From contig CAWJZV010000002.1 in assembly GCA_963847445.1 (NCBI GenBank), positions 32,001-96,000 of the forward strand: a stretch of DNA of 64,000 bases. The letters are read 5' to 3'. The position numbers and the translations under genes are program-made. Under the pieces are notes generated by a model. That model searched no databases, was not told the DNA's origin, and was given only the letters and a program-made list of their open reading frames with translations. Source of the DNA: an uncultured delta proteobacterium. GTDB lineage: Bacteria > Desulfobacterota > Binatia > UBA9968. This document shows, in pieces, positions 45,725 to 57,370 of this stretch (positions within the stretch are counted from its first letter, which is position 1; every line of letters starts with the position of its first letter).

Positions 45725-46881
45725 CTATGAAATCCGGTAATGTTTTATCTTATCTTCGTCCAGCTCGATGCCGAGCCCAGGCTTGGATGAGACGATGACA
45801 TCGCCGTCGGCGTAGTCGAACGCTTCGGTGATGACATCGTCTTGATAGTAAATGCCGGCGATGCCGCCCTTGCCTTTTCCCTTCGGCGTCGACACCGGCA
45901 CGACGCAACCGTAGGTCACCACGCCGGTGGATGCCGCGAGATGAATGTTGGCGGCATTGCCGACTCCGGTTTCCACCGAACCGTTGACGTTGCATTTCAA
46001 ACCCGCCGCCTCGGCGACCGCGGCGACTTTCTTGCCTTTGAACATGCCGCCCGGTTTGGTCGTGTAGATCGAGATCACATCGGCGGCTTTCTTGTGAATG
46101 ATCTCGATGACATCCTGCGCCGTCCAGGCGCTTTCATCGGCCATGATCGGCGTATCGACGCGGCGCGCCACTTCGGCCATTTGATCGATGCCTTCCACCG
46201 GCTGTTCCATGTAGAGGAGGTTATATATTTCCATCTCCCTAATGATCTTCACCGCTGCCTTGGCCGTCGGATAACCTTGGTTGGCGTCGACGCAGATATT
46301 CAAGTCGGGACCGATGGCCTTGACGAATCTGCTTGACCAGCTCGACATCGCGCTTGTGCTCGACGCCGCCCTTGAGCTTGATGGTTTTCACGCCTTCAGC
46401 CTTCGCTTGCAGCGCTTCGTCCACCGCCTTTTCGATCTCCATCAAACCCAGGCTGTGAGCAATCGGAATCCGCTCACGATACAAACCGCCGAGCAATTGG
46501 TACGCCGGGACATTGAGGGCCTTGCCGACGACATCATAGAGTGCCGCGTCGATGGCGGCTTTGCAGTAAGGATAACCCTTCACCGCCTTATCCATCAGCG
46601 CGTGAATCATTTCGAAACGGCTGGGATCTTGGCCGGCCAACGCCGGCGCGAGAATATCGCCGATGATATGCGCCGTCGTCTGCGGCGTCTCGCCGAAATA
46701 CTTGCCATGATCGCCGCCCCAATCTTTCAACACCGGCGCTTCGCCGAGGCCGATCAAGCCCTTCGTCGGTGTGAAGCTTGATGATGACGTAAACACCGAT
46801 CGGCGTGGTGAGACTCGCCCACTGGTGCACGCGCCGGGTCGGTAACTGGATTGGAATGGTTTCGATCTTGGTGATTTTCAT
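45725..46881 (-). CDS. Enolase superfamily, muconate-lactonising enzyme/racemase subgroup (indels)
   Basis: AAIDAALYD, IKLKGG, VDANQG, EQP, ADES, PGLGIELD. Confidence 0.9.
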
Positions 46882-46935
46882 TTGTCTCCGAAACACCCTC
46901 GCCCACCGGGAGAGGGCAAGGGTGAGGGCTCTGAA

Positions 46936-48049
46936 TTATCCCACTCTCAACAGCGTATCCGTCGGCGTCACATCGGAAAGCAGCTCACAGCCCTTGTCCG
47001 TCACGCAAAACATGTCTTTGTTCTGCATGCCGAAGCGGCCAGGAATATAAACCAAAGGTTCGAACGCGCCGACCATGCCGGCTTCGACGATCTCATTGCC
47101 GTAGCGCCCCATGTACGGCTCTTCATGAAGGTGTAGGCCGATGCCATGGGCGACGAAACTGATCGGCGCGAAGCCCAGCTGGCTGAACTTCTCAAGAAAC
47201 TTTCGGTAGATTTCCGCGCAGCTCGCCCCGGGTTTAATTAAATCCATGACCAGATATTTGCACTCGATCAAATTAGACCAAATCTTGTACTGCTCCGGCG
47301 TCGCCTCGCCAACCACCGCGGTGCGGCAAACGCCGGTGAGGTAGCCGCTCTTCTGGCCGAAAATTTCCATGCGAATGATGTCGCCAGGTTTAAGCTTACG
47401 CTCGCTCGGTCCGACGTTGGGGAACTCGCTGCGCTCGCCGGAAGCGATGATCATTAACTTATAACTCTCAGCACCGCCGGCGAACAGCGTCGTCAGCAAC
47501 GTGCCCGCCAGCTCCATCTCGCTCATGCCGATCTTAGCGGAGCGCAAAGCCGTGCCAATCGCGTTATCCGTGAGCTTGCTCAGCGAGCGCAGCAACGCGA
47601 GTTCACCGGGCGTCTTGATTTGCCGCGCCTTGTTGAAGACTCCATCCGCCGCCAGCCATTGCACCCGGGGCAAACTCTTTTGCAGCGTGGCGAAATCCTT
47701 TGCCGGCAAAAACTCCAACTCGATGGCGACCTTGCTATGATCGAGCTTTAAATCTTTCAATGCCTCCGCCAGCTTATCCATCGGATCGTCGCTGAACTCG
47801 CGATAGATGCGCAAATCATCGATGCCGGCGTGAGCCTTTACCGTAGTCGCCTCCATGTCGATGGCGATCATAGAAATCCTACCGTCCGCCGTGACAATAC
47901 AAGCCGCATGCCGCCAGCGCATCAGCGACTGCGACGGCACGACCAAACCGGAAACATAGGTGACGTTTTCCGGCGACATGGCAACGATGGCATCGACCCC
48001 CTCGGCGATGACGCCGTTTTTTTAGCCGTGAGATTATTTCTTGATCCAT
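46936..48049 (-). CDS. M24 (Xaa-Pro peptidase/creatinase-fold) protein
   Basis: SPENVTYVSG, RQIKTPGEL, VCRT, HGIGLHLHEEP; indel near 48010. Confidence 0.88.
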
Positions 48050-48118
48050 AAAGTTATCGGCGAGAATATCGACTGGTTACCGGAGGGTCAAGTCAAAGCG
48101 CGCGGGATTCGCTCAAGA

Positions 48119-49121
48119 TTATCGCTTGGTGGCATCGACAGCCGTGCCGCCATCGGCGCTTCTGGTTAAATTGAATTCCACCGGCGGGCTACCCTTGTCG
48201 TCGAAGACTCGCAGTTGGATTTCGTCTCCCAGGAGCTTGCCCTCGTAGCGGTTCAAACGGGTGCGCGAGTCGCCGCCGCTGACTTCTTCATACCTGACTC
48301 TGAATAGAATCGTCTCGCCGGTGATCTGCCCCTCTTCGATGGCCCGCTTCGAAGCGAGAAACGTCGCGATGCCAAATAACTTCGCTCCCTCGGCCGTGAA
48401 CAGGAATCTTTCGCTGTACTTATCACCCCATGGGTAGGTCACGTCCCCTCTCCAGGTACCGGACACTGCCGCGGCGATCTTGGCGGCGGCAGTTTGTTGC
48501 GCATTACTCGACGGCGGCACGGCATCTTTGCGCCACTGCCACCAGGCGGCGAAGCTGACGAGCAAAAGGATCAATGGAATCTTCCAGACCAGCCGCCGCC
48601 GCAATCGTTGGCGCAAGTCGGCTTTCCATTGATCGGCTGGTTGGCGAGTTGGTTTGCGCCAGTCCCGGCAGCGCTTCGAGCGCCTTGATCAGCTTAGCGA
48701 CATCGCCTGGGAAATCGTCATCGCCGATCGTCATCGCGTTGCGCTGCGCCAAGGGTTTTAAATCACCGCGCAGCTCGGCGGCTTTGGGCATGCTCGCGCC
48801 TTCGACCAGCACAGGAATGACGAGGATGCGGCGCTGTAAAGCGAGTGCGATCTCGCGGCTGACCAGATCGTCGGGGTCGCCGAGGCGCAACTGGCCCTCG
48901 CTGTTGCGGGTGGTGAGCCACTGTTTGCCGATCACCGCTAGCAGCGCGTCGCAAGCGCCAATCTTGGCGCCGATATGGGCGGCGAAGTCTGCCCCCGGCG
49001 GAATGTCATCGACATCCATGAAAACTCGGTCCGCGCCAAAATGCTGGCTCAGCCGGTCGCACAACCGGCCGGCATAGGGCGCACTGTCTTCACGCCGATA
49101 ACTGATGAAGATGCCGGACAT
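48119..49121 (-). CDS. TIR-domain protein with one TM helix and a C-terminal beta domain (indel ~48600)
   Basis: IFISYRRED, VFMDVDDIPPG, VSREIALAL, VIPVLV; TM IPLILLLVSFAAWW; VSGTWRG. Confidence 0.85.
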
Positions 49122-49136
49122 TGGTGCGTGACTGCG

Positions 49137-50865
49137 TCATCCGCGCAGCGCGAGGCGCAGCTTTCCTGTGGCCGCTAGATCGACCGATGTCGTCGCTGGG
49201 TCGATCGCCACGCCGTAGTCATCGCGAGCGCCTTGTAGCGACACATAGCCGTCCAGGACGTCACCCAGCACCGCCTCTGGATCGCGCTCGAGCGGATCGC
49301 CATAACCGCCGCCAGCATTCATATTGACCTGAACGGTGTCGCCGGGCGCGAGCACCGCTTCGCGCACGGTTTCTGACAGCTCGTCGCCATTGAGCGCATA
49401 GAACCCAGTGCGCGCCGACTTGCCGCCGAGCACGCCCCAGGGCGGACATTTGCTGCGCATGTCGCCTTTGCCGCGCACTCGCACCGCGGCGTCGTCGAGC
49501 AACTGATATTCGCGGATGCAACCGAGTCCGCCGCGAAACTTGCCCGGTCCGCCGGAATCGGCGCGCACGTCGAATCGGGTCACGCGCATGGGAAATTCGG
49601 TTTCATGAATTTCAATCGGGCCGGGACGGAATTGGCCGACGCCGAGGGTGCCGTGAATCAACGATATGCCGTCTTGCACGCTGCTTGCGCCTAATGCGGT
49701 ATCGAGCAGTTCCATGAACACCCAGGGCTTGCCGCTCTTACCGCCGGAGCTGGCGATGCGCACGCCGCCGCCGCCGCCGGATGAACCGACCGCTCTTTCG
49801 GGAATGAATTTTCCCAGCGCGTGAAGCACGACATCGGCAGTGAGATAGGCCAAGGGCACATAATAGGAAACCGGCGCGCCGTGGCGCGGACAGACCACCG
49901 TGCCCTCTTTGAATCTGGTTTGGACCACGTCGACGAAACCGTGATTGAACGGCAAGCTCGCGTCGGTCATCGCCATCAAGCCGAAGTAGCAGGTGTTCTT
50001 GATCAACGCTGAAGTGACGTTGACCGGCCCGCGCGCCTGCTCGTCCGAAGCGCTGAAGTCGAAAAGAATCTCCCGGCCTTTCTTCGTCACTAGCGACATG
50101 GACGCGGCGCTGGCGCTCGTAGCCGATGCCGTCGTGGTCGAGAAAACCTTCGGCTTCTCGAGTGCCGTCAGGTATGGCGTCGAGGGCATCGCGCAATTGC
50201 CCGGCGACCCGCGCCATCAACTCGCCACAGCCATCGCGAACCGTTTCAATGCCGAACCGTTCACAGAGTTCCTGAACCCGTTGGGCGCCGACACGGCAAG
50301 CCGCAACTTGGCCGCGTAAGTCACCGAGGGTTTCCACCGGTATCCGGCTATTGGCGGCGATAAATCTTTCAATCTCGGGATTGACCTTGCCGCGCGAATA
50401 GAGCTTGGTCGGTGGAATCACCAACCCTTCTTCCCAGATATCCTGCGCCACATGCGCCGCGCGCGGCCCGCCTAAATCGGCTTTATGCGCCAGCGTCGCG
50501 GTGAAGGCGACCAGCTGCCCCTGGGCGAACACCGGCATCAGCACCACCGTGTCGTTGGGGTGAGTCACATTGCCGGCGTAAGGGTGGTTAAAAACGACGA
50601 CGTCGCCGTCGGCGAAGTCATCCATCTGGTAATATTCGCCGAGATGATCGGCCACCGCGGCAAACGAGCCGAAATGGAGCGGCAGCTTTTTCGATACCGA
50701 TACCGTGCGCAACCGGGCGTCCAACAGACCGGCGCTGCCGTCTTCGGATTCTCGCAGGACGGTCGAGTAACCGCTGTGAAACAGCACGATGCGCATCTCT
50801 TCGATGACGCTCGTCACTTTCGAATGGATTAATTCCAAAGTAATCGGATCGAGTTTAGCCGTCAT
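49137..50865 (-). CDS. Hydantoinase B/oxoprolinase family subunit (indel)
   Basis: DPITLE, NHPY...HPND, AHKADLGG, EGLVIPP, DSGGPGKFRGG, GGGYGDPLERD. Confidence 0.92.
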
Positions 50866-51048
50866 AAGTTCTCCGTGTGCCAGTGCTGAATGGAGTAGCC
50901 CATTACGCATCCCTGATACTGACCAGCCTGCCCAATCCGTCATTCCGGCGGAGGCCGGAATCCATCTTCCGAGTTCGGATGGATACCGGCTTTCGCCGGT
51001 ATGACGAACCGCCGTCATGTAATGGTTCGCTATCAGTTGGAATCACGG

Positions 51049-53097
51049 TCATGCCAATTCGATGATGATGTTGCCGAAGCGGTCGATGTGCGCCGCTTGC
51101 CCCGGATGAACCACGGTGGTCGAATCCATCTGTTCGATGATCGCCGGCCCGCGCAGGCGATTTCCCGAACGCAACTTTGCGCGATCGTACACCGGCGTGT
51201 CGTGCCAGCCGTCGAAGTAGGCCCGGCGCCGCGCTTTGATCGCCGCGTCGCAAGCCGCGCCTTGCGCCGGCAATTCGGCGACCTTAGGTTTCGGCACGAT
51301 CACCTTGGTCGTGAGCCGGTAATTGACCAATTCAACTTTTTGATCCTCGGCGCGCGAACCGAAATGTTTTTCATGAATTTCATCGAAAGCTCGGCGCCAG
51401 GCGGAAATCGCGTCCGGTTTCAGGCCGGCACGCGCCACCGGCACCGGCAATTCGTATTTTTGAATGCTGTAGCGCAGATCGATGGCGCGCTCATGGACGA
51501 TCTGCTCGGGCGGTATTCCCTGAGACTCGAACTCCTGCTGCGCCAGCGCTTCCATGGCGTCGAAGCGCTGCTGCAGCTCGCCGACGTCGACGGATTCCAG
51601 GTCGGCAAAATGGGTTTGGACGTAATCGCGCTTCAAGTCGGACACCAGCAATCCCATCGCCGCATGCACCCCCGGAGCGGCTGGGACGATCACCCTGGGA
51701 ATTTTCAATTCTTGCGCGAGCAGCGCGGCATGCACCGGTCCGGCGCCGCCAAAGGCGACCAAGACATACTCGCGCGGATCTTCGCCGCGCGACACGGTGA
51801 CCAACCGCAACGCCTCGACCATGCCGGAGCTGACGATCTTGATGATGCCGCTCGCCGCTTCGATGGTTGCCAGTTTTAGCGGCGCAGCGATGTGGTCGGC
51901 AATCGCGCGCTCCGCCGCCTTGGGATTGAGATGAAACTTGCCGCCGACAAAGAATTCCGGATTGAGCCAACCGAGCGTCACGTCGGCGTCGGTCACCGTC
52001 GGCAGCGCGCCGCCGTTGGGATAACAGGCCGGTCCGGGATCGGCCCCCGCGCTGCGCGGCCCGACTTTGAGCAGCCCGCTCTTGTCGATCCAAGCGATGC
52101 TGCCGCCACCGGCGCCGATCTCGACCAGATCGAGCGACGGCGTCGAGATCAGCCACTCGCCCGCTTGAAAACGCGGCACGATGCGCGGCTCGCCGTCTTG
52201 GACGATGCCCGCCTTCGCCGTCGTCCCGCCCATGTCGAAGGAAATGATTTTGAGCTGCTTGGTCATGCGCCCGATATGCGCCGCGCCGAGCACGCCGGCC
52301 GCCGGCCCGGACTCGATCATGCGCACGGGAATGCTTTTGAGCGCGCCGCCGGTCAAGCTGCCGCCATTGGACTGCATGATGTAAAGCGGCTTGGTGATGC
52401 GCCGCGATCTGAGCGCTTCTTCGAGCCGGTGAATGTAGCGGTTCACCACCGGCGCGACGTAGGCGTTGACCACCGTCGTGGTCAATCGCGGGTACTCGCG
52501 AATCTGCGGCAAGGTCTCGCAGGATAAATAGACCTGGACGTCGGGCACCACCTCGGCGACCAGCTCGCGCAGCCGCTGCTCATGGGCGGCATTCATGAAC
52601 GAGAACAACAAACAGACCGCCACCGATTCGACGCCCGTGCCTTTGAGCCGGGCCAAGCGCCGGCGGGTTTCGGTTTCGTCGAGCGCTTTGAGCACATTGC
52701 CGCGAAAGTCGACCCGCTCGGGAATTTGCATCGTCTCACGCTGGCGCACCAGCATCGGCGGCTTGGGATAGGAAAGATAATCGTAGGTCGCGCTGCGCGT
52801 CTCGCCGAGCTCCGGCGTTTCATAAACGCCGGTAAAGCCTTCGGTGATCAGCAGCCAGGTCTTGGCGCCCTTGCGCTCCAACAGCGCATTGGTCGCCACC
52901 GTCGTCGCGTGAAAGAGAAAGCTAACATCCTCCGGCAATCGCCCATCGCCAAAGAACTCGTCGAGCGCCTGCATCACCCCCTCGGTCAAATCCGCCGGCG
53001 TGCTCAGCACTTTGGAATTGACAACCTCGCCGCTCTGCTCATCGAGCACGGAAAAATCCGTAAACGTCCCGCCAATATCGATACCGACTCTGTACAT
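51049..53097 (-). CDS. Hydantoinase A/oxoprolinase family ATP-dependent subunit
   Basis: IDIGGTFTD, ESGPAAG, DMGGTT, GAGGGS, GPACY, FGGAG. Confidence 0.95.
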   Translation of the reverse strand: MYRVGIDIGGTFTDFSVLDEQSGEVVNSKVLSTPADLTEGVMQALDEFFGDGRLPEDVSFLFHATTVATNALLERKGAKTWLLITEGFTGVYETPELGETRSATYDYLSYPKPPMLVRQRETMQIPERVDFRGNVLKALDETETRRRLARLKGTGVESVAVCLLFSFMNAAHEQRLRELVAEVVPDVQVYLSCETLPQIREYPRLTTTVVNAYVAPVVNRYIHRLEEALRSRRITKPLYIMQSNGGSLTGGALKSIPVRMIESGPAAGVLGAAHIGRMTKQLKIISFDMGGTTAKAGIVQDGEPRIVPRFQAGEWLISTPSLDLVEIGAGGGSIAWIDKSGLLKVGPRSAGADPGPACYPNGGALPTVTDADVTLGWLNPEFFVGGKFHLNPKAAERAIADHIAAPLKLATIEAASGIIKIVSSGMVEALRLVTVSRGEDPREYVLVAFGGAGPVHAALLAQELKIPRVIVPAAPGVHAAMGLLVSDLKRDYVQTHFADLESVDVGELQQRFDAMEALAQQEFESQGIPPEQIVHERAIDLRYSIQKYELPVPVARAGLKPDAISAWRRAFDEIHEKHFGSRAEDQKVELVNYRLTTKVIVPKPKVAELPAQGAACDAAIKARRRAYFDGWHDTPVYDRAKLRSGNRLRGPAIIEQMDSTTVVHPGQAAHIDRFGNIIIELA

Positions 53098-53315
53098 ATT
53101 CTTTCAATGACCTCTAGGTGGTTAATAGCACGACTTCTGTAAAAATGAACCGACCTGCGTTTTGCGATCGGCTCGTTCAAATAGTTCAAAACGTTCAAGC
53201 CGTTCAAATCGTTTCCGGAACCGTTCAAGAACTTGAAAAGAGTAACAGCAGTTCAAACCTCCGAGACGGCTTGAACGATTTTAACGTTTTGAACGGCTTG
53301 AACGAGTTCAATTCG

Positions 53316-54764
53316 TTACGCCCAATAAGTCGTCCGGTCGATGGGAATATGCTGCAAGACTTCGCCCGGGCACGAAATCTTCAATTCGAATTCGCGCCAT
53401 GGCATCGTCGGGACATTTCGACACCGGCGAGAACGGCCGGTCCAATGGCTTCGTGGCATCGACGATCATCGCCGAGGTCTTGCGCGCGTCGACCATCGAC
53501 GGGTCGATCAAGCTGCCGCGCATGATCTCCTTGATGATCGACACTTGCAGGTGCGGCTGCACTCTGGTCGCGATCGCCCAGAGGATCTCCGTCGGATCGT
53601 AGACGTTGATGTCTTCGTCGAAGACAAAGACATTCTTGCACCAGTCCCAGGTCAACACCGCCGCCGCGGCGCGGCCGGGATCGCCCTCGGAGATTTTTTT
53701 CATCGAAATAAAAACGTTGAGCAGCGCATGCCGCCCGCTGGTGCAGACCGCCAGCACGCTCGGCACCGCTTCGCTGGCGCGGCGCAGGTAAGCGCCCTCG
53801 CGCGCCAGGTCCATCCACGGCTTGTCCCCTTCCGGCGTCAGGATCGACGTGTGCAGCGCACCGCGCCGCCGGGTGATGGCGCGCACTTCGTAGTGCGCCG
53901 ATTGCTGATAACCTTGCACGCCGAGATAACCATTCACTTCGCCGAACGGTCCTTCGACCATGCGCTTGCCGGGAAGCAGCGCGCCTTCGATGACGATTTC
54001 CGCATCGGCCGGTACCAGCAGGCGTTCGCCCCAGGTTTCCGACGGCGTCAGGCGCAGCGGCTCCTGCATGTAGCCGCCGATGATATCGTACTCGCTGATA
54101 TCGAACGGACCACCAAAACAGGCGCCCATTTGATAGGCCGGATGATGGCCGATCACCGTCGCCACCGGACATTCCTCGCCGGCTTCTTCGTGACCGCGAA
54201 AAATCCGCCACATATGTTGCAGCGTCATCAGGAAGCCGGTGTGGTTGCGGTCCTTCACTTCCATGCGGTGATAGGAGCAGTTGTAAACGCCGGTGTTGCG
54301 GTCTTTGGCGACGCTCGACATGTCGATATAAGGCCCGCCGTCCATCTCGTGATGCTTGAGCAATGGAAGTTCGTAGAGATCGACTTGATCGCCGGTTTGA
54401 ATAATCTCCTTCACCGGCGCCGCATCTTTACTGACGATCACCGGCCCGATCTTCCCCGCCTCCCGGCGCAAACATTCCCGCGCCATCTCCGCCCGCTTCA
54501 TGTCCGCCGGCAGCCCCAGCGCCACCTGAATCTTCTTCTGCGAATTCTCCGCGCTCATGACCACCTTCATGTCCGTCGGCTGCCCATGGGCGTTGAGCGG
54601 ATGTCTCGAAGATCAAAACCGGAAACTTCTTAAGCGCGCCAAGCTGCTTGACGATGGCGGTGATGTCGTAGGTGAGCGGATTGACGGGCTTGGAAATCGA
54701 AACGACTTCGCTCGGATAGCTCCGGCGCAAAGTCGTCAAGGAAGGTTCTTAGACTCTTAGGCAT
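53316..54764 (-). CDS. UbiD-family prFMN (de)carboxylase 3, close paralogue of 26952-28401 (indels)
   Basis: HHEMDGGPYI, YNCSYHRMEV, EGPFGE, TPEGDKPWMDL, shared ...DRTTYWA* end. Confidence 0.92.
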
Positions 54765-54787
54765 GGAATTGATTCCCAATCACGGAC

Positions 54788-55433
54788 GGGCGATTCATGA
54801 ATCGCCCCTACGTTCCGATGCAACCGCGGCAAGGATTTTCATGGTCAAATTCCCACTGTGCCGGGTTGTCGGAAATGTATTGTCGAATGCGGATTAAGGA
54901 TTCATCGTCACGGATGACGTGTTCGTAGTAATTACGTTGCCACAGAGGCTGGCCTGACGATCCGCGTAGTGCATTGATCTGTTTTGCCGTAACCATTTTG
55001 AACCTGCCGAGAATCTTCGATAACAGCATGCGCCGGCGTTTCGCAATGGGCACCGGTGGTAGGGGCGATTCACGAATCGCCCCTACGGGTTCACCAATCA
55101 AGATAACCCCATGCAGGTGATTGGGCATGATCACGAATGCATCCAGTTCCATGCCTTTATAAAATTGCGGCAAACTATCCCATACCGCCTGAATGATCTG
55201 TCCCACCTCGTTCAATTGCATTTGCCTATTCACACGTCGCCAAACAAGCATTCACGATCCCTTGTGCAGACTGTAACGTAATAGGCTCCGGCCTGAGAAT
55301 AATCATATCCTTGCAGACGAATCGACCGACGGTTTCGCCCCTGCCCGGCTGGATCTTTTGCGGTTAGCTTCAGGTGTCCTCCGTTGCACAATCGGTATTT
55401 TTATCGCATGTAGGGGCGATTCACGAATCGCCC
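54788..55433 (-). mobile_element. REP-RAYT locus with REPs at 54788-54811, 55059-55086 (intragenic) and 55410-55433
   Basis: Three GTAGGGGCGATTCAYGAATCGCCC palindromes around and inside the transposase. Confidence 0.85.
54808..55373 (-). CDS. REP-associated tyrosine transposase (indel near 55250)
   Basis: RRSIRLQGYDYSQAGAYYVTVCT, VIMPNHLHG, WQRNYYEHVIR, YISDNP. Confidence 0.92.
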
Positions 55434-55669
55434 TTCCCGATTATCATCCCAATCTCATCTCAGCAGCCCCATCACCTCTTTCATGCTAGCTTCCTACCAC
55501 GCAAAGAATCATTCAGACAATACTATCGACAAGTTGCCGCAAAACAAACGACGCGGGACGTCGATGCTCTTTAGATTGTCCATTATCAATTATCCATTCT
55601 CCATTGCACTCTTGCACTCCGCCCCGCGACTGAGTTATTTGAATAGAAAGAAGAAAAGGAGCAAAACCT

Positions 55670-56753
55670 ATGGGTATTCTCGAAAGAACCTACGGCAAAG
55701 ATAACAACGTCACGATCAACGAAGTCCTGATCTCGTCGGACTCCCACGTCATCGAACCGGCGGGGCTGTGGCAACGGGAGCTGCCGAAACAATTCGCCGA
55801 CCGGGCGCCGGACTTCGGCGGGCAGCGGCCCAACGACACACCGGGCGGCGCCCAGGACAAGAACAAGCGGGTCGCCGAGATGGCCGCTGACGGCGTCAGC
55901 GCTGAGGTTCTCTACGCCACCCACGGCTTGAAGTGTTTGAGCCTCGACGATCATGAGTTGGAGGCCGCCTGCGCGCGCGTCTACAACGATTGGCTGATCG
56001 ACTATTGCAGCGCCGCGCCGGACCGGCTCATCGGCATCGCCATGCTGTCGATGTACGACATGGACGGCGCAGTAAAAGAACTGGAACGCTGCCGCAAAGC
56101 CGGCATGCGCGGCTCGGTCATCTGGCAGGTGCCGCCGCCCGAGCTGCCGTTCTCTTCGCCGCACTACGACAAGTTTTGGGCCGCGTCTCAGGATCTCAAC
56201 ATGCCGGTCAACCTGCATATCTTGAGCGGCCATGGCTACAGCCGCAGCCGTTCCTTCGGCCAGGGCGACACGCCCACCGGCATGACCGCAGAGCACAACA
56301 GCGTCAACATGAAACTGTTCCAGTCGGTCGACAGCCTTTACGACCTGATCTATTCCGGCGTGTTGGAGCGCTTTCCTAAACTAAAAATTGTCCTGGTCGA
56401 AAACGAGCTCGGCTGGATTCCGTTCGTCTTGGAGCAGTGGGACTACTACTTCAAACGCCACGGCGCCAATCGCGCGGGCCTAGCGATCAAGAAGCTGCCG
56501 AGCGAATACTTCCACGGCCAGATCTACACGACCTTCTTCAACGACGCCGTCGGCGGCCACACGCTGACCTGGTGGGGCCAGGACAACTGCATGTGGTCCA
56601 ATGACTTTCCGCACGGCAACTCGACGTGGCCCAAGTCGCGCGAGGTCATCGCCCGCGATCTAGGCAACCTGCCCGCAGAGGTGCGCGCCAAACTGGTGCG
56701 TGAAAACGTCGCTAAGGTTGTATAACATTCCGGTACCGACGCCGGTTCAGTAA
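55670..56753 (+). CDS. Amidohydrolase_2 family protein
   Basis: SSDSHVIEP, VYNDWL, VNLH, GVLERFPKLKIVLVE, MWSNDFPH; terminal indel, likely true end ...YNIPVPTPVQ*. Confidence 0.9.
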
Positions 56754-56765
56754 CTTGGAAAACAG

Positions 56766-56801
56766 GTCAGTACCGGTTCGTTACGACGGGCCGGTACTGA
56801 C
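56766..56801 (+). terminator. Hairpin downstream of the amidohydrolase
   Basis: gtcagtaccggttcg...cgggccggtactgac; no clear U tract. Confidence 0.5.
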
Positions 56802-56918
56802 TCATCCTTCAGCAAATCTCATTTCAGCCGCCGCGAAACTCTGGGATAGAGACAAGAACCGGCACTGAAATCGCATTTCCTGACAATTAGCCCGGTTGCC
56901 GACAATTTCAGAGGCAAG

Positions 56919-56951
56919 TTGACCAATTTAGCTGTAATAGCTAAAATGGTC
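56919..56951 (+). promoter_or_regulatory. Sigma70 promoter overlapped by a palindromic operator
   Basis: TTGACC-N17-TAAAAT; inverted repeat gaccaatttagct-gtaat-agctaaaatggtc. Confidence 0.75.
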
Positions 56952-56967
56952 GATATGGAGGATTGCC

Positions 56968-57351
56968 ATGTCATCTCTAGGGTTCAGAAATAGCCGGGGT
57001 GCCTGGGTTACGGTATCCACCGTCGCCGCTACCACAGTTAAGAACGAATTTGGCACGATCCTCGACAGGGCCATGCGGGACGGCGCCGTCGCGATCACGC
57101 GCCACGACACCGCAAGGGCGGTGCTGCTGTCTTACGAGGAGTTCGAGTCGCTTACGAAGGCCCGCTCGCGTAACTTGGACAGCCTCAGCGATGAGTTCGA
57201 TGATTTACTGGAAACGATGCAGAGCCCAAAGGCTAAGAAAGCCATGATGGCGGCGTTTGAGTCTTCGCCCGCGGAGCTCGGTCGCAGCGCCGTCAAAGCA
57301 GCGGCCAAAGGTTCCCTGACTCGAAAGCCGCGCAGATCGCGCGCTGCCTAA
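56968..57351 (+). CDS. Phd/YefM-family antitoxin
   Basis: VAATTVKNEFGTILD...VAITRHD...AVLLSYEEF. Confidence 0.85.
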   Translation: MSSLGFRNSRGAWVTVSTVAATTVKNEFGTILDRAMRDGAVAITRHDTARAVLLSYEEFESLTKARSRNLDSLSDEFDDLLETMQSPKAKKAMMAAFESSPAELGRSAVKAAAKGSLTRKPRRSRAA

Positions 57352-57370
57352 ACGACATCCCAACTCTTGC

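Noticed and set aside
49738-51018. N-terminal extension of hydantoinase B (MTAVRHTGE...WIPASAGMT)
   Set aside because: It is translation through an intergenic palindromic repeat; the real start is the ATG at 50865 behind a GGAG RBS
53341-54633. Long plus-strand ORF (430 aa) and similar antisense ORFs such as 24758-25870 and 42512-43372
   Set aside because: Shadow frames of real minus-strand genes in GC-rich DNA; no recognisable motifs
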